Origin: an uncultured delta proteobacterium
GTDB lineage: Bacteria; Desulfobacterota; Desulfomonilia; UBA1062
Direction: 5' to 3'
NCBI GenBank assembly: GCA_963752595.1
Contig: CAVVYZ010000005.1
Location: 256,001-320,000 of the forward strand
DNA length: 64,000 bases
The notes beneath the pieces were generated by a model. That model made no database searches and was not told the DNA's origin. It saw only the letters and a list, made by a program, of their open reading frames with translations. Position 1 is the stretch's first letter, and every line of letters begins with the position of its first letter. A program made the position numbers and the translations under genes. Below, piece by piece: positions 10,310 to 18,797 of the stretch.

Positions 10310-10384
10310 GGCGGCATAGCCAAGTGGTAAGGCGACGGTCTGCAAAACCGTTATTCTCCGGTTCAAATCCGGATGCCGCCTCCA
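10310..10384 (+). tRNA. tRNA-Cys (GCA)
   Basis: GGCGGCA...TGCCGCC acceptor stem, D arm AGCCAAGTGGTAAGGC, anticodon loop CTGCAAA, GGTTCAAATCC, encoded CCA. Confidence 0.97.
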
Positions 10385-10418
10385 TTCATTTCATTCATAC
10401 AGGCATCACGCCGGAGAC

Positions 10419-12386
10419 CTACTCGTTACATCTCGGAAGGAAGAGACTGAAGGTGGTGCCTTTCTGAGGAGCGCTCTGCACCGATATCGCGCCATCGAGC
10501 CCGGTTACGATCCGGTGGACGGTCGCAAGGCCTAGGCCTGTGCCCTTTCCCCGTTTCTTGGTGGTGAAAAACGGATCGAAGATATTTTTCATGGTTTCTT
10601 CATTCATGCCGCAGCCGGTATCGGATACGATGAGCTTGACATATGGCCCCGGCAATAAATGAGGATGTACGGCACTGATGTCGGCAGCGCTCAGTACAAC
10701 GGGTTCGAGAATGATACGGAGCATCCCTCCCTTGTCTTCCATTGCCTGGTATGCATTCGTACACAGGTTCATGATTATCTGGTGCAGCTCGGTCGGATCG
10801 GCGAAGACAAGCAATGGGCCGTGTTCGGATGTACAGGTAATCTCGATTGAAGTGGGAATAGTCGCCCGCAGCAGGTTGATCGCTTCATCGAGGATGAGGC
10901 CTATATGTACCGGCTCCCGCTCTGCCTCGAATTTCCTGCTGAAGGTAAGGATCTGCGAAATGAGATCCTTTGCCCTCATGCCGGCCTTGAGGACCTGGTC
11001 GAGACATGCATCTGCCCGTGAACCCTCAAGAATCTCTTTCCTTGCCAGCTCGGCGTATCCGATGATGGCTGAGAGCATATTGTTGAAATCGTGTGCGATG
11101 CCTCCCGCCAGGGTCCCGATCGCTTCGAGCTTCTGCGCCTGAGCCAGACGGAGCTCATAACGGTCGCGTTCCCTTTCCGCCTCTTTGCGCTGCGTGATAT
11201 CGCGTACGATACCCCTGAAACCGACTGTGTCGCCTTTGGAATCCTTGAGCGCAGACACCGATGCCTCAACGTACAGCTTGTCCCCGTACTTATCCATCAG
11301 CTCCCAGTCAAAGGCCTTTGTGGTCTCGCCTGTGATGAAGACCCGGTGGAATACATCGAAGACCTTCTTCGCATTATTCTCATCCATGTACTGCCGGTAG
11401 TTCAGGCCTTTTACCTCCTCATCCGTATATTTCAAATTCTTGCTCAAGGCCTGGTTGAAGAAGGTGAAATTTCCGGTGAGATCCACTTCGAAGTAGCCTT
11501 CCTCGATGCTGTCGAGGATGTTGCGGTATCTTTCCTCATTGAGCTTCAAGGCCAGCTGGGCTTTGATACTGTCGGTTATATCCCTGCCGGATCCCTGCAC
11601 ATAGAGGGGGTTTCCATCAGCGTCCCTGACCACGGTGTTCCGGTATTCGATCACCCGCTCATGGCCGTCTTTGCTCAGGATATTGATGATCCCCTCGCCT
11701 TTGCCCTCTTTCAGAATCCGGCCCATGTAATCGCCAAAGACTGCTTTATACCTCTCGGGCATGATATCTCTGATGTTCATCCGGACAAGATCTTCGGCCG
11801 TGTAACTGGTATATATCTTCGAAGCCAGATTCGTCTCGATCATATTGCCCTGGAAGTCATGTATGTAGAGGAAGTCGGTCGAATTCTCGAAGAAAGTCCG
11901 GTATTTTCCATCGCTTGAACGCTGATTTTCAGGCACGCTCCGACCCTTCGGGACTTCCTGAAAAATCTGGAGGGCTCCGATAAGACGGCCCTGCGGATCA
12001 CGGATCGGCCTTGCCCTGGTCCTGAAGGTGCGCTGTTTATTGCTTATGCCGGGGAAAGACTCCTCTGCATTCAGGGAATCACCTCCCCTGCTTATTATCC
12101 GGCAGTCATCCCCACATGCACAGTCTTGTGAAATCGTATGATCGATGAGCATGGGCCTTGCTGTCCCATAAAAAGGCAGCGCATACTCCCGGCCCGATTT
12201 ACTCAGCATCTCTGCTGCAGGGATGCCGGTGAGGATCTCTATCGCACCGTTCCACACAGTAATTGATTTGTTTCCGTCAATGGCGAAACACGGGTATTCG
12301 ATGCAGTCTGCAATCTGACGGAAAATGGAAGCAAGGTATAGGCTCGAGGCTGAATTACTCTGAGTAGTCTTCGTTTTCTGTCTCAT
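10419..12386 (-). CDS. Cytoplasmic multi-PAS sensor histidine kinase (no receiver)
   Basis: Three PAS/PAC repeats ending in RDIT, H-box AGGIAHDFNN, N-box NLCTNA, DTGCGM, PFFTTK, GTGLGL. Confidence 0.93.
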   Translation of the reverse strand: MRQKTKTTQSNSASSLYLASIFRQIADCIEYPCFAIDGNKSITVWNGAIEILTGIPAAEMLSKSGREYALPFYGTARPMLIDHTISQDCACGDDCRIISRGGDSLNAEESFPGISNKQRTFRTRARPIRDPQGRLIGALQIFQEVPKGRSVPENQRSSDGKYRTFFENSTDFLYIHDFQGNMIETNLASKIYTSYTAEDLVRMNIRDIMPERYKAVFGDYMGRILKEGKGEGIINILSKDGHERVIEYRNTVVRDADGNPLYVQGSGRDITDSIKAQLALKLNEERYRNILDSIEEGYFEVDLTGNFTFFNQALSKNLKYTDEEVKGLNYRQYMDENNAKKVFDVFHRVFITGETTKAFDWELMDKYGDKLYVEASVSALKDSKGDTVGFRGIVRDITQRKEAERERDRYELRLAQAQKLEAIGTLAGGIAHDFNNMLSAIIGYAELARKEILEGSRADACLDQVLKAGMRAKDLISQILTFSRKFEAEREPVHIGLILDEAINLLRATIPTSIEITCTSEHGPLLVFADPTELHQIIMNLCTNAYQAMEDKGGMLRIILEPVVLSAADISAVHPHLLPGPYVKLIVSDTGCGMNEETMKNIFDPFFTTKKRGKGTGLGLATVHRIVTGLDGAISVQSAPQKGTTFSLFLPRCNE

Positions 12387-12791
12387 ACGCTCATCGATGG
12401 TTTATATTATTCAGCCGCAAGCCTCTCCCACATGTAATATGAGTTGAACATTAGGACTTGTCGGAAATCAGGGATGAAATATTAAAAAAAGTGATTCCGG
12501 TTCCTCTCAAGCATCCGAGCCCTCACTCACGAAGCCGCCGAGGAGCAACCAGGGACCGGATGTTTGCGGGCTTGATTTCTCCATCCGGGAAAAAACGAAG
12601 CGTGGTGAAATTTTACCTTCCCGTTTTCACTTGCCTGAATCTCTCCCATCATGATAATCTCCTTGCTTACAGCTCTTTCACTAGCTGGTATTTGATGGCA
12701 TAGGTCATATGAACCCTGACCATATGAGGTGACAGGGCATCAAAGATAAGCACCAGAGAGAGAAGCGAGCGCATACAAGGGAAGGGTTCTT

Positions 12792-13745
12792 GTGAAGGGT
12801 ATACAAACAGCCATCATCCTAACCATAGTGATTTTCAGCCATACCCCTGTCCTATCAGCCGCAGGAATAACGCAAAGCGCCCGTATCGGGCTTACATCCA
12901 TGTGGGGCGAGACCTCCAACCACACCTGCTTCCGGGAGGGAGCGAGCCGTCTGGAATGGCCTATGGATATGCAGCTAATCGGAACAGCGTATATGATAAA
13001 CTTCTTTGATGCTGTAGAGTTGGAGGTCGGCATGCAGGCGGCCCCATGGATCAGCAACGGGAAGCCCATGCAGGATTATGACTGGATCGACGAATCCCTT
13101 TCCCGCTCCCCGAGAAGGGCTGACCATGAAGGCCTCGATATCTACTCGATGAGCATAGTGGATTCAAAGGCCTTCTCCTATGATGCAACTATGCGGGGTT
13201 TCCCCCTCTCCGTTCAGTTTGCCTCTCTGGGGTTCTTCCTTTCCTACCGTAACCAGGAGATGGATTTTAACGCCTTCGATACGAATCAGATCGGTTTCGG
13301 ATCGTGGCAGGATCAGACAGCCAGAGCCTACGGTCCCACATCTACCTATACCGTAGAGTATGATACGTACCTCATCGGTCTTGCCTGGCGGGTTCATGCA
13401 GCCGATTTCCTGAAGATGACCGTCGATACCGCCTATATCCCCTATGCCAAGGCGGTGGATGAGGATAACCATATACGGAGACTGCGCCTATCCCAGACAA
13501 AATGTACAGGGACCGGCGGCATGCTTTCACTGTCCATGCAGTTCAGCCTCAGCAAAAAGTGGTATGTTTCCTCATCGTGTTCAAAGCTTCACATCGCTAC
13601 GGACGGTCACCAGAAACAGAGCTGGTATGGGAACGATCCCGCCTCGGTGGGCTTTGACGACACCGGACAGGTATTATCCGGAATTGATGCCGAGATAGAC
13701 CAGGATTCCTTTCATGCAGGTATCTCCATCGGCTGCCGCCTGTAG
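12792..13745 (+). CDS. Omptin-family outer membrane protease
   Basis: Signal peptide, SRLEWP, MQDYDW (Asp pair), DEDNH-x-R (Asp/His pair), alternating beta strands and a GISIGCRL C-terminus. Confidence 0.75.
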   Translation: MKGIQTAIILTIVIFSHTPVLSAAGITQSARIGLTSMWGETSNHTCFREGASRLEWPMDMQLIGTAYMINFFDAVELEVGMQAAPWISNGKPMQDYDWIDESLSRSPRRADHEGLDIYSMSIVDSKAFSYDATMRGFPLSVQFASLGFFLSYRNQEMDFNAFDTNQIGFGSWQDQTARAYGPTSTYTVEYDTYLIGLAWRVHAADFLKMTVDTAYIPYAKAVDEDNHIRRLRLSQTKCTGTGGMLSLSMQFSLSKKWYVSSSCSKLHIATDGHQKQSWYGNDPASVGFDDTGQVLSGIDAEIDQDSFHAGISIGCRL

Positions 13746-13771
13746 AAAAAAACATCTCTTTTTACATCCTT

Positions 13772-13798
13772 TAAGCCTGAGAATCGATATGTCGATAG
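13772..13798 (+). promoter_or_regulatory. Putative sigma28 (FliA) promoter
   Basis: TAAG-N15-GTCGATAG against consensus TAAA-N15-GCCGATAA. It would imply a downstream start codon at 13808 or 13826. Confidence 0.35.
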
Positions 13799-15142
13799 AT
13801 GCCCTATATGCTGACCCGGTCGCTCATGCAGAAAAATCTTCACCGCTCCAGATTCTCCCTGCCGTTTTTAGATCCGATCCTCAGGGACCTGATAACGCTC
13901 ATCCCCACATTGCTCGCTGAGGGGAAGCCTTCCATAGGGATATACGAACACCCGAGCTGCAGCCAGGCCGAGGTCGAGCTCCTGGAGAAATATCTTGGCA
14001 GAAGGCCCGAGATCAGGGCCGGCAGAATCCCGTACCGGGTATCGGTCGAAAGCGTTATCGTGCTCGTCCGTCCCAGCCTTGCCGGCAGATACTTCTCGAA
14101 CATAACGATTGTATGCATCGCGAGACGCGATGCATACCCTGATGACATTGCTGCCAAGATCACAGCCATCGGCGATATATTCAAGCGCCATGGGATACCG
14201 CTGAGCGGACTGGTATACACGGATACCCTTCCCCAATTTCTCATCTATGAGATCCTCCGCACCGGGATCGTGGTCGGAGGCAAGGAGCCGGTTACAAGCA
14301 TGGATGCCGTTTCGGAATCATGCGTGTACATCGGAGACCTCCCCGGCAAGATAACCGAGCCGGATACCTCCGGCCGGGCAGAATGGAATCCGTTCCGGTG
14401 CTTTCTGGATGGGCAGGTGGCGGAATTCATCGGGAAAAACGATTACCCTGCGGCTGTTTCCATCCCTTCTGCCAATCCGTTTATCGTTCCCTACCTGCAT
14501 ATCCTCCATTACCATGAGGAGCAGGGGGATACCGAAAAAATAGAGAAGATGCGGGTGAGCCTCTTCTACCTCCTTTCCTGCTTCCCTCCCACCCGGGAGG
14601 TCATGGTAAATCTGGCACGCAGATGGAAAGCCGGCAGATCGTACCCTCCCATCAATGAGCTCGGGCTCATGGAATCCTTTCGGCTCAGGAGGTGGCTTGT
14701 ACCTCTTGAGGAAAACGAACTGCCTGTTTTCTCCTGGCCGCCGCTTCCCCACTTTTCGGTCCAGAGGGCTGTCCTTGAGATGAATGACTATGTCTGGAGC
14801 ATCCAGGGGTTTGGCGAATTCAAACACAAACATGCATGGGTGGTTCTCTTGTGGACCTCTATGGTCGGACTAATCGGAACCCAGACCCGGATTACCGCCC
14901 CCGATGTCCTCATGCTGAGGCGTACCTGTAAAAAGCTTCTCTTCGATGCCATGGAGGCGATCCGGCAGGGAGCGGATCGCCTGGTTCCCGAGGACCACCG
15001 GCATGGCTCGATACAGATAAAGGACGGAAGGCCTTTCTTCTCTGCAGCGCCCTTTGCCATCCTTGAGCGGGGGAATAAACACAGTGTTGAGCTCTTCGAA
15101 ATCATCAAGAAAAAGACCTTGATTGACGATAGCGGTTTATAA
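13799..15142 (+). CDS. Degenerate class I adenylate cyclase homolog (catalytic motif lost)
   Basis: Collinear matches to E. coli CyaA as recalled: NLHR..L..P..LIPTLL, YEILRTGIVVGGK, YIGDL, NPFRCFL, ANPF, DTEKIEKMRVSLFY, REVMVNLARRW. The GS..SDLD motif is absent. Confidence 0.65.
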   Translation: MPYMLTRSLMQKNLHRSRFSLPFLDPILRDLITLIPTLLAEGKPSIGIYEHPSCSQAEVELLEKYLGRRPEIRAGRIPYRVSVESVIVLVRPSLAGRYFSNITIVCIARRDAYPDDIAAKITAIGDIFKRHGIPLSGLVYTDTLPQFLIYEILRTGIVVGGKEPVTSMDAVSESCVYIGDLPGKITEPDTSGRAEWNPFRCFLDGQVAEFIGKNDYPAAVSIPSANPFIVPYLHILHYHEEQGDTEKIEKMRVSLFYLLSCFPPTREVMVNLARRWKAGRSYPPINELGLMESFRLRRWLVPLEENELPVFSWPPLPHFSVQRAVLEMNDYVWSIQGFGEFKHKHAWVVLLWTSMVGLIGTQTRITAPDVLMLRRTCKKLLFDAMEAIRQGADRLVPEDHRHGSIQIKDGRPFFSAAPFAILERGNKHSVELFEIIKKKTLIDDSGL

Positions 15143-15182
15143 GAGAAAGTGATAAATAAAATAGTTAAGGGCTCATAAAAAA

Positions 15183-16214
15183 ATGGCAACGAATCCGCTG
15201 GATATCAGAATCCTCACTGTAGGTCCTAACTATATCTACCAGAAGACCCTTCGCCAGATGCTCACGAGTCTCGGTTTTCAGAACATTGACGAGGCCAGGG
15301 AAGGAACAAAGGCATGGGAGACGATCGGCAGGATCAACCCCGATCTCGTCATCGCCCAATGGGACATGCCCGAGATCACCGGCCTGGCGCTCCTGAAGCT
15401 TATCAGGGCAAATGATGATTTCTCCGATATCCCGGTCATCCTGTGCACGGGCGAAGTTACCAAGGCCGATGTGGTAAGGGCCGGAGAGGCAGGGGTGAAT
15501 GCCATTGTCATGGAGCCGATCAACATCGAACATCTGGATACGAAAATTCGAATCATCCTTGAGTTCGAGATGAGCCCGACTACCAAGCAAGCCAAGACCT
15601 TCATGGAAAAAGGCGACCTCTACCTGAGGGAAGAGCGTTTTGAATCCGCCCTCAAGGAGTATGGGAAGGTACTCGATATCCTGGAATCCGCCGAGGTTTA
15701 CTATAATATCGGCTACATAAGGACAGCGAAAGGCGAGTATGACGAGGCCCTGGCTGCCTTCAGGAAGGCAACCCAGATCAACCAGATGTTTGCCAAGGCA
15801 TACAAGGCCATGGCGGATGTGTACATCAAGATGGGCAATAAAGAGATGGCGGAGAAATACCTGCAGATGGCAGGGGATATTTTCCTCGAACGGGAGATGC
15901 ACGAAAACGCGGAGAGCGTCTTCAACGAGATCCTCAAGCTCAATCCGGAGACGATCAATGTCTACAACAGCCTTGGGATCATCTACAGAAGGCAGAACAG
16001 GCTTGAGGAATCCATCAAGCTCTATGAAAAGGCAATCAAGATAGACCCCAATGACGAGAACGTCCATTTCAACCTGGGCAGGGTATACCTTGAGCTGAAC
16101 AACCCACACATGGCAAAAAAGTGCTTTATCAAAGCCGTGATGATCAACCCTGATTTCGACACGGCAAAAGGCATGATCAAAGCCATCGAGTCTGCGGAAA
16201 AAAGGTCGGTCTAG
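15183..16214 (+). CDS. Pseudo-receiver domain plus TPR-repeat protein
   Basis: CheY-like N-terminus (PDLVIAQWDMPEITG, PVILCT) lacking the acidic pocket, phospho-Asp and Lys; about six TPRs (VYYNIGYI, VYNSLGII, VHFNLGRV). Confidence 0.88.
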   Translation: MATNPLDIRILTVGPNYIYQKTLRQMLTSLGFQNIDEAREGTKAWETIGRINPDLVIAQWDMPEITGLALLKLIRANDDFSDIPVILCTGEVTKADVVRAGEAGVNAIVMEPINIEHLDTKIRIILEFEMSPTTKQAKTFMEKGDLYLREERFESALKEYGKVLDILESAEVYYNIGYIRTAKGEYDEALAAFRKATQINQMFAKAYKAMADVYIKMGNKEMAEKYLQMAGDIFLEREMHENAESVFNEILKLNPETINVYNSLGIIYRRQNRLEESIKLYEKAIKIDPNDENVHFNLGRVYLELNNPHMAKKCFIKAVMINPDFDTAKGMIKAIESAEKRSV

Positions 16215-16262
16215 AGTACTTTTCGTCCTTTCGCATTCAAAAGCCCGGCACGGATAACCGCT

Positions 16263-17495
16263 TTATATCCCCTTCCCGTACTTTTTCAGCTCAAACAGTT
16301 TCCTGTCCTGGGTGGCCACGATGTGATAGAGCTTGTCCTGGGGCACATAGATGTACGGCACGTCCTCCTCGCGCCTGTAGAGAAAATGCGAGAGGATCAT
16401 CCGGTTGACGGCCCGGTGCCCTACGATCATGATGTTATCCGACTTCCTGTTGAGGTAGAAGGCCTTCTTGATGCCGATCTTGATCCGTTCCTTCATGCTG
16501 TTGTACCCCTCGCCGCCCGGATACTCGTAGTTGTACTTGTCGGCCTTCCTCGCCGAATAGACATCGGGCATCAGCTTCTGGATCTCGTCATAGCTCATCC
16601 CTTCGCAGATCCCGCTGTTGATCTCGTTGAACTCCTTGAGATGCACGATGGAGCAGTTCTGCTGGAAGCCCCTGATGGCTTCCGCTGTCTGGATCGTCCG
16701 CTTTTTTTCACTGGTGAATATATAGGAGATCCTCCTGTGCTGGAAGTACTTCGCGAGGGCCTGTGCCTGTGCAAGCCCCTTGGGAGTGAGGTCCGGGTCT
16801 CCGCCGATCCGGTCTTCCACATTATAATATGTCTCCGTATGGCGGATGAGGAAGAGACTCTTGACCACATCCGTGACCAGGCAGTCCCGAATCCGTGAGT
16901 ACAGGGGAAGCTGGTCGGAAAGCTTCTCCTCGATGATTTTGTTGTGAAGGGAATCCATGCGGATGTAGTTCCTTTCCCTGTCCAACCGCACATAGATCAT
17001 TCTATAATAGTCAATCCTCTTCTTGAACTCGTTTATGGCCTTCTGTTCCGACACGCTACCGAACTCCGGCGATTTGATCTTATCGCGGATGCTCATTTCA
17101 ACGAGCTCGCAGTCATTGTTGATGCACTCTATGAAGAGGATGGGATGATCATCCAGATTGTCCTCGATAAACTTGCGCCTTTCCATGCTCACGTTCGTGG
17201 CATCGAGGATGGACACATCCCCCTTGGTGCTCACATATTTCTTTGCCCTCCTGATGTTTATCTGTGCAAAACGCTTCCTCAGCTTCATAGCCTCGATATT
17301 GCCGGGGCGGAAGAATTCGGATGTCCAGGAATCCTTTGTCGGCGCATACTGCCTTCTGAGCTGGCCGTTATTGAATATCCGGGTAGGGATGTCGTTCTTG
17401 GTGAAGATGTCTTTGAGCCGGTAGGCGATCGTGGACTTTCCCTGGGAAGGAAGCCCCACCATAACAATATAGAGTTTTTCGTCTTTTGATGTCAT
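16263..17495 (-). CDS. Bifunctional 6-phosphofructo-2-kinase/fructose-2,6-bisphosphatase-like protein
   Basis: Kinase domain: MVGLPSQGKS, FNNGQLRR, DATN, FIEC. Phosphatase domain: LIRHTE, RIGGD..LT..G, NEINSGICEG, DKYNYEYPGGE, GHRAV. Confidence 0.88.
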   Translation of the reverse strand: MTSKDEKLYIVMVGLPSQGKSTIAYRLKDIFTKNDIPTRIFNNGQLRRQYAPTKDSWTSEFFRPGNIEAMKLRKRFAQINIRRAKKYVSTKGDVSILDATNVSMERRKFIEDNLDDHPILFIECINNDCELVEMSIRDKIKSPEFGSVSEQKAINEFKKRIDYYRMIYVRLDRERNYIRMDSLHNKIIEEKLSDQLPLYSRIRDCLVTDVVKSLFLIRHTETYYNVEDRIGGDPDLTPKGLAQAQALAKYFQHRRISYIFTSEKKRTIQTAEAIRGFQQNCSIVHLKEFNEINSGICEGMSYDEIQKLMPDVYSARKADKYNYEYPGGEGYNSMKERIKIGIKKAFYLNRKSDNIMIVGHRAVNRMILSHFLYRREEDVPYIYVPQDKLYHIVATQDRKLFELKKYGKGI

Positions 17496-17558
17496 AACTA
17501 TTGAATACCATTTGAAGAGAGATGAGACAAGAGCGGTTTCCCAGCACTTCAAAAATAC

Positions 17559-17587
17559 TTGACAACCTCCTACCCAATCGATAGAAG
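17559..17587 (+). promoter_or_regulatory. Sigma70 promoter for the tRNA-Gln/tRNA-Glu pair
   Basis: TTGACA-N17-TAGAAG, 15 nt upstream of tRNA-Gln. Confidence 0.65.
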
Positions 17588-17602
17588 GTCATAGTTGGCT
17601 GT

Positions 17603-17676
17603 TGGGGGATCGTTCAACGGTAGGACAGCGGACTCTGACTCCGTCGATCAAGGTTCAAATCCTTGTCCCCCAGCCA
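17603..17676 (+). tRNA. tRNA-Gln (CTG)
   Basis: TGGGGGA...TCCCCCA acceptor stem, anticodon loop CTCTGAC, GGTTCAAATCC, GCCA end. Confidence 0.96.
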
Positions 17677-17693
17677 TAAGATTAAAGAGATGC

Positions 17694-17769
17694 GGTCCCA
17701 TCGTCTAGTGGCCTAGGACACTGGCCTCTCACGCCGGAGACAGGGGTTCGACTCCCCTTGGGACTACCA
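17694..17769 (+). tRNA. tRNA-Glu (CTC)
   Basis: GGTCCCA...TGGGACT acceptor stem, TCGTCTAGTGGCCTAGGAC, anticodon loop CTCTCAC, GGTTCGACTCC, ACCA end. Confidence 0.96.
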
Positions 17770-17779
17770 GAATAGAAAC

Positions 17780-17816
17780 AAGGAGTTGCAGAGAAATCTG
17801 TGACTCCTTTTTCTTT
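17780..17816 (+). terminator. Intrinsic terminator after the tRNAs
   Basis: AAGGAGTTGCAGA-GAAA-TCTGTGACTCCTT stem-loop followed by a T run. Confidence 0.75.
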
Positions 17817-17885
17817 ACTGGATTCCATTCCCCACACTTCGCAAGAAAAGAATTCAACAAAAAAAATGCAGCTTTTTTGTCTTCC

Positions 17886-17934
17886 TGGTCTCATAACCCA
17901 AAGGGCGAAGGTTCAAATCCTCCCCCCGCTACCA
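17886..17934 (+). mobile_element. 3' half of a tRNA-Met (CAT, initiator-like); putative att-site scar of an integrative element
   Basis: CTCATAACCC anticodon arm, GGTTCAAATCC and CCCGCTACCA with no 5' half; followed by AT-rich DNA with CCTATT/TAACCT repeats. Confidence 0.75.
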
Positions 17935-18339
17935 GTCCAATTTCAATAAATATCAAGAAGATTTATAATAAATCTCGGCAAACCATAAGACGGTTTTTTT
18001 CTTGCCTATTTAACCTATTGCTAACCTGCTGCGTATTTATAGTAGCGGCAATTATTCATCTGAATCCTAAACGGTTCTTGCCCAGGCTTATGTTCATTTC
18101 TTTAATTGCCGCTGCAATAAATGCATTCCAGGCATAAAAAATCCGGGATCAAGGGTCTGGCTTATTTTGTCGTATAGGTTTGTGCGCTGCTCGGTATTTG
18201 ATCGGAGCGACGCCACCGGCAAATAATTATCAAGCAAATAGGAGTATGCAGCGCATTGTAAAGAAAGTATTTTTTAAAAATCCCCTAAGGCGAGATACTG
18301 TTCCAGTCAAACAACAGTCAAGCAAAATTGCTCATAGCA

Positions 18340-18797
18340 TTACGCCCACCATGGCAGATACTTTCTGGCTTTGCTGCCGACGGTATCGTCGTGACAACGG
18401 ATCAAGTCTGCTTCAATGGTATCCCTTATGATCCGCGAAGCCATTGCGCTGTTCTTTTCTTCTATCCCAAACCGCTCCCGCAGGGTGGTGTTGGTCATGA
18501 AGTCCCGCTGCACGTATCTCAGGCAGGCATGGAGATAACAGGCCCGAATTCGATCATCCTTGTCCATATACCTCAACTCTCGGTGCGCGAACAAGACGGC
18601 GCGGGTATGTTCATCAGTCGTTTCAAACAGCGGCGCAGGAAGTTGATAAAACTCGGTCTGAGAGACCACTTTGTCCACACCGCTGCCACGCTCTTCACAG
18701 ACTCCGATTCGGCGCATGAACGAGGCCAGTGCTTCATTGCGCGACTTAGGAGGACTATCAAGAAATCGGTCGGTTTTGACCAGCGGCATGCCAGGGA
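18340..18797 (-). pseudogene. C-terminal fragment of an AlbA/Schlafen + HATPase_c_4 (RecG_C-like) ATP-binding protein
   Basis: PG.PL..SRNEALASFMRRIGVCEERGSGVDKV followed by a wHTH tail (MTNTTLRERFGI ... KYLPWWA); the N-terminal part is missing. Confidence 0.72.

Noticed and set aside
12460-12790. 6S RNA, SRP RNA or tRNA-Sec in this intergenic region
   Set aside because: It lacks the SRP GGAA/AGCAG loop, a T-arm and the 6S central-bubble consensus; it is kept only as an unexplained structure.
13799-17495. Functional cAMP-to-PFK-2 regulatory link analogous to eukaryotes
   Set aside because: The genes are convergent, the cyclase homolog lacks catalytic residues, and the PFK-2 has no evident regulatory tail. 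Proximity alone is not evidence.
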